From Phoronis australis (taxonomy: Eukaryota > Animalia > Phoronida): a stretch of 64,000 bases of DNA. A program made the position numbers and the translations under genes. Every line of letters starts with the position of its first letter. Position 1 is the stretch's first letter. This document shows, one piece after another, positions 62,301 through 64,000 of this stretch. The notes beneath the pieces were generated by a model. It was not told the origin of the DNA. It ran no database searches and saw only the letters and a program-made list of their open reading frames with translations. The stretch is taken from positions 1-64,000 of the forward strand of contig NMRA01000775.1 of NCBI GenBank assembly GCA_002633005.1, in the 5' to 3' direction.

Positions 62301-64000
62301 ATAACTACATTTTGTCCGGCGGTCATGTTCAGTCTCCGGCAGTCCTGTTTTGTGGTGGGGCGGTCATGTTTTTAGGTGCGTCGGTCCCATTTTCTGGTGC
62401 GGCGGTCCCATTTGATCCCCGTAGGTCCTGTTTTGTGGTGATTCCGTCTGATTTGGAGCACAGGCACTTGAGGTTATCTGTTCCTCGATCACGACTGACG
62501 TCACTCACTACTAAGAAAACATAAAAGGTTGGACACTCGAAATCTGTTTGCTCAGAATTTTCTACTCAAATGTGCATGGAACTGACGCCGCGAAACTAGC
62601 ATCGAACAAATCTTTGAATACCTTGTTTCATTTGATCTCTTCAAATTTCCTTCGAGTGATGATTTGAAGACAAAAATGTCAAAAAAACGCCAAAATCACA
62701 AATTCAAGGACCTTATTTTGTGACGTAAGACGTTCATGGCAGACAAACTTCGAGAATCCGGGTTCTTGGCGGACGCTCCCGACGCAATTCCGGAGCTGTT
62801 TTCGCGCGCCCACGAATGTTATTTGAGTGCCCTCCACATAATTTATTAGCAGTTTGAATGTAATTAAACTCTGATTATGCAAAACAACCGTGGTACCACG
62901 GTTGCTGGCTTCTAACGCTGGCCAATTGCGAAATCCGGCATTTACCGATGGTGATTTACCGCGACTAAGCGTACGTGTGGTCAGACATCAGAAATGTCCG
63001 CCAAAAACCGAGTGTTTGGTTGTGCACATAATATCAAGATCAAACACAAGACACGCCGGTTCTTGCAATTAAATTCTAGATTAAGGGTTAAAATGAGCTA
63101 TAAGAAGAAACAAATTACACTTAAGTGGAAGGTTAATTTTGAATCTCAATCATTGAAATTGGGGATAAATTTCTTGACTTTGACATATGGGTTGCTTGCT
63201 CAAACTCGAAATTTTATCTTCGACAGGCGCACAAGTTAAACCACAACTGAAATCCCCGTGTTAACTACTTTAGGTCCTTGAATTCAGAGTTTTGAGTTTA
63301 TTTTGAAAATTTCGTCACTACTCGCAAGGATAATTCATTGGAATCAAGGAAAGATAAGGCTTCGAAGGTTTATGCAATACCAAAATGAGGGAGGTTTTAT
63401 TTGGATTTGGGACAGTTGATGTTGGGAGCCTCGGCTCGGCAAAGTTTTAGTGTTCAACCTTTATGTTTCTTATATATGGTTATGAGTCATCGGGAAATTC
63501 GAGCTCCTGTGAATAGGAGGACCGGCGGTCATGTTTTGGATCCGCCGGTCATGTTGTTTCTCAACCGTGCGACTAGCCCCTTGGCATTACATCTATAATG
63601 TCCTTTTCGGCAATCGATGTCAAGCTTATAAACTGCTCGGGTGGCAGACAACTCTACGCGGCCCTTTTGACGTTATAAACACCTTGTGATAGCCTTGGTA
63701 CAAAGCTGTATACTAAATATACAGCTTTGCACCAATGTGAGTAAAAAAGTGGTAAAATAAAATCTGACGCAAAATTAGTGTCATTAAAAACTACAATCTT
63801 CCTTGAGTAAACTAAATAATATAACACTGTTGAAAAAAACGGCGTTCTAGCGTTATTCTGCTGCTAAAGTTGTGGAGCGATCTTTAGCCACGACTTTCGC
63901 GCCATGAAATATTGCGTCACCTGTTGGCCATTTCTTTTTTCGCCAATTCTTCAATCAACTGTTCTTTCACGAGGTTGCGTACACGTCTCAACAAATTATC

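Larger units (their letters stand above)
60022..62460. mobile_element. Non-autonomous element with about 150-bp repetitive TIRs (GACCGCCGG subunits)
   Basis: 60022-60172 is the reverse complement of 62316-62460. A further outer TIR piece lies at about 63522-63572, and another diverged internal copy starts at about 63797. Confidence 0.7.

Overview
Draft eukaryotic (metazoan, invertebrate-like) genomic DNA that is AT-rich, gene-poor and dense in repeats, with two N-gaps (6768-7531, 60940-61571). Only two host genes are convincing. Both are single-ORF, minus-strand neuropeptide-precursor-like genes about 51 kb apart. Precursor A (3121-3582) would yield V-amide and FExLxD peptides. Precursor B (54933-55619) would yield mostly FI-amide peptides such as SPIFIa, GNFIa, HNFIa and NFIa. 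The two share start context, signal-peptide layout and several co-linear motifs, so they look like diverged paralogues. Precursor A appears truncated by a frameshift, and its lost tail is still readable downstream. The rest of the window is transposon debris: a Penelope-like GIY-YIG remnant with a hammerhead-ribozyme core, an AcademX-like XPG/CXC transposase relic, two inverted THAP-bearing Kolobok-like elements, CR1/L2-type RT fragments, a Helentron-like element, several MITE/foldback elements, a tRNA-like SINE and micro/minisatellites. A 729-bp near-identical duplication across the second gap is probably two uncollapsed haplotypes. All family assignments come from motif recognition by eye, not from database searches.
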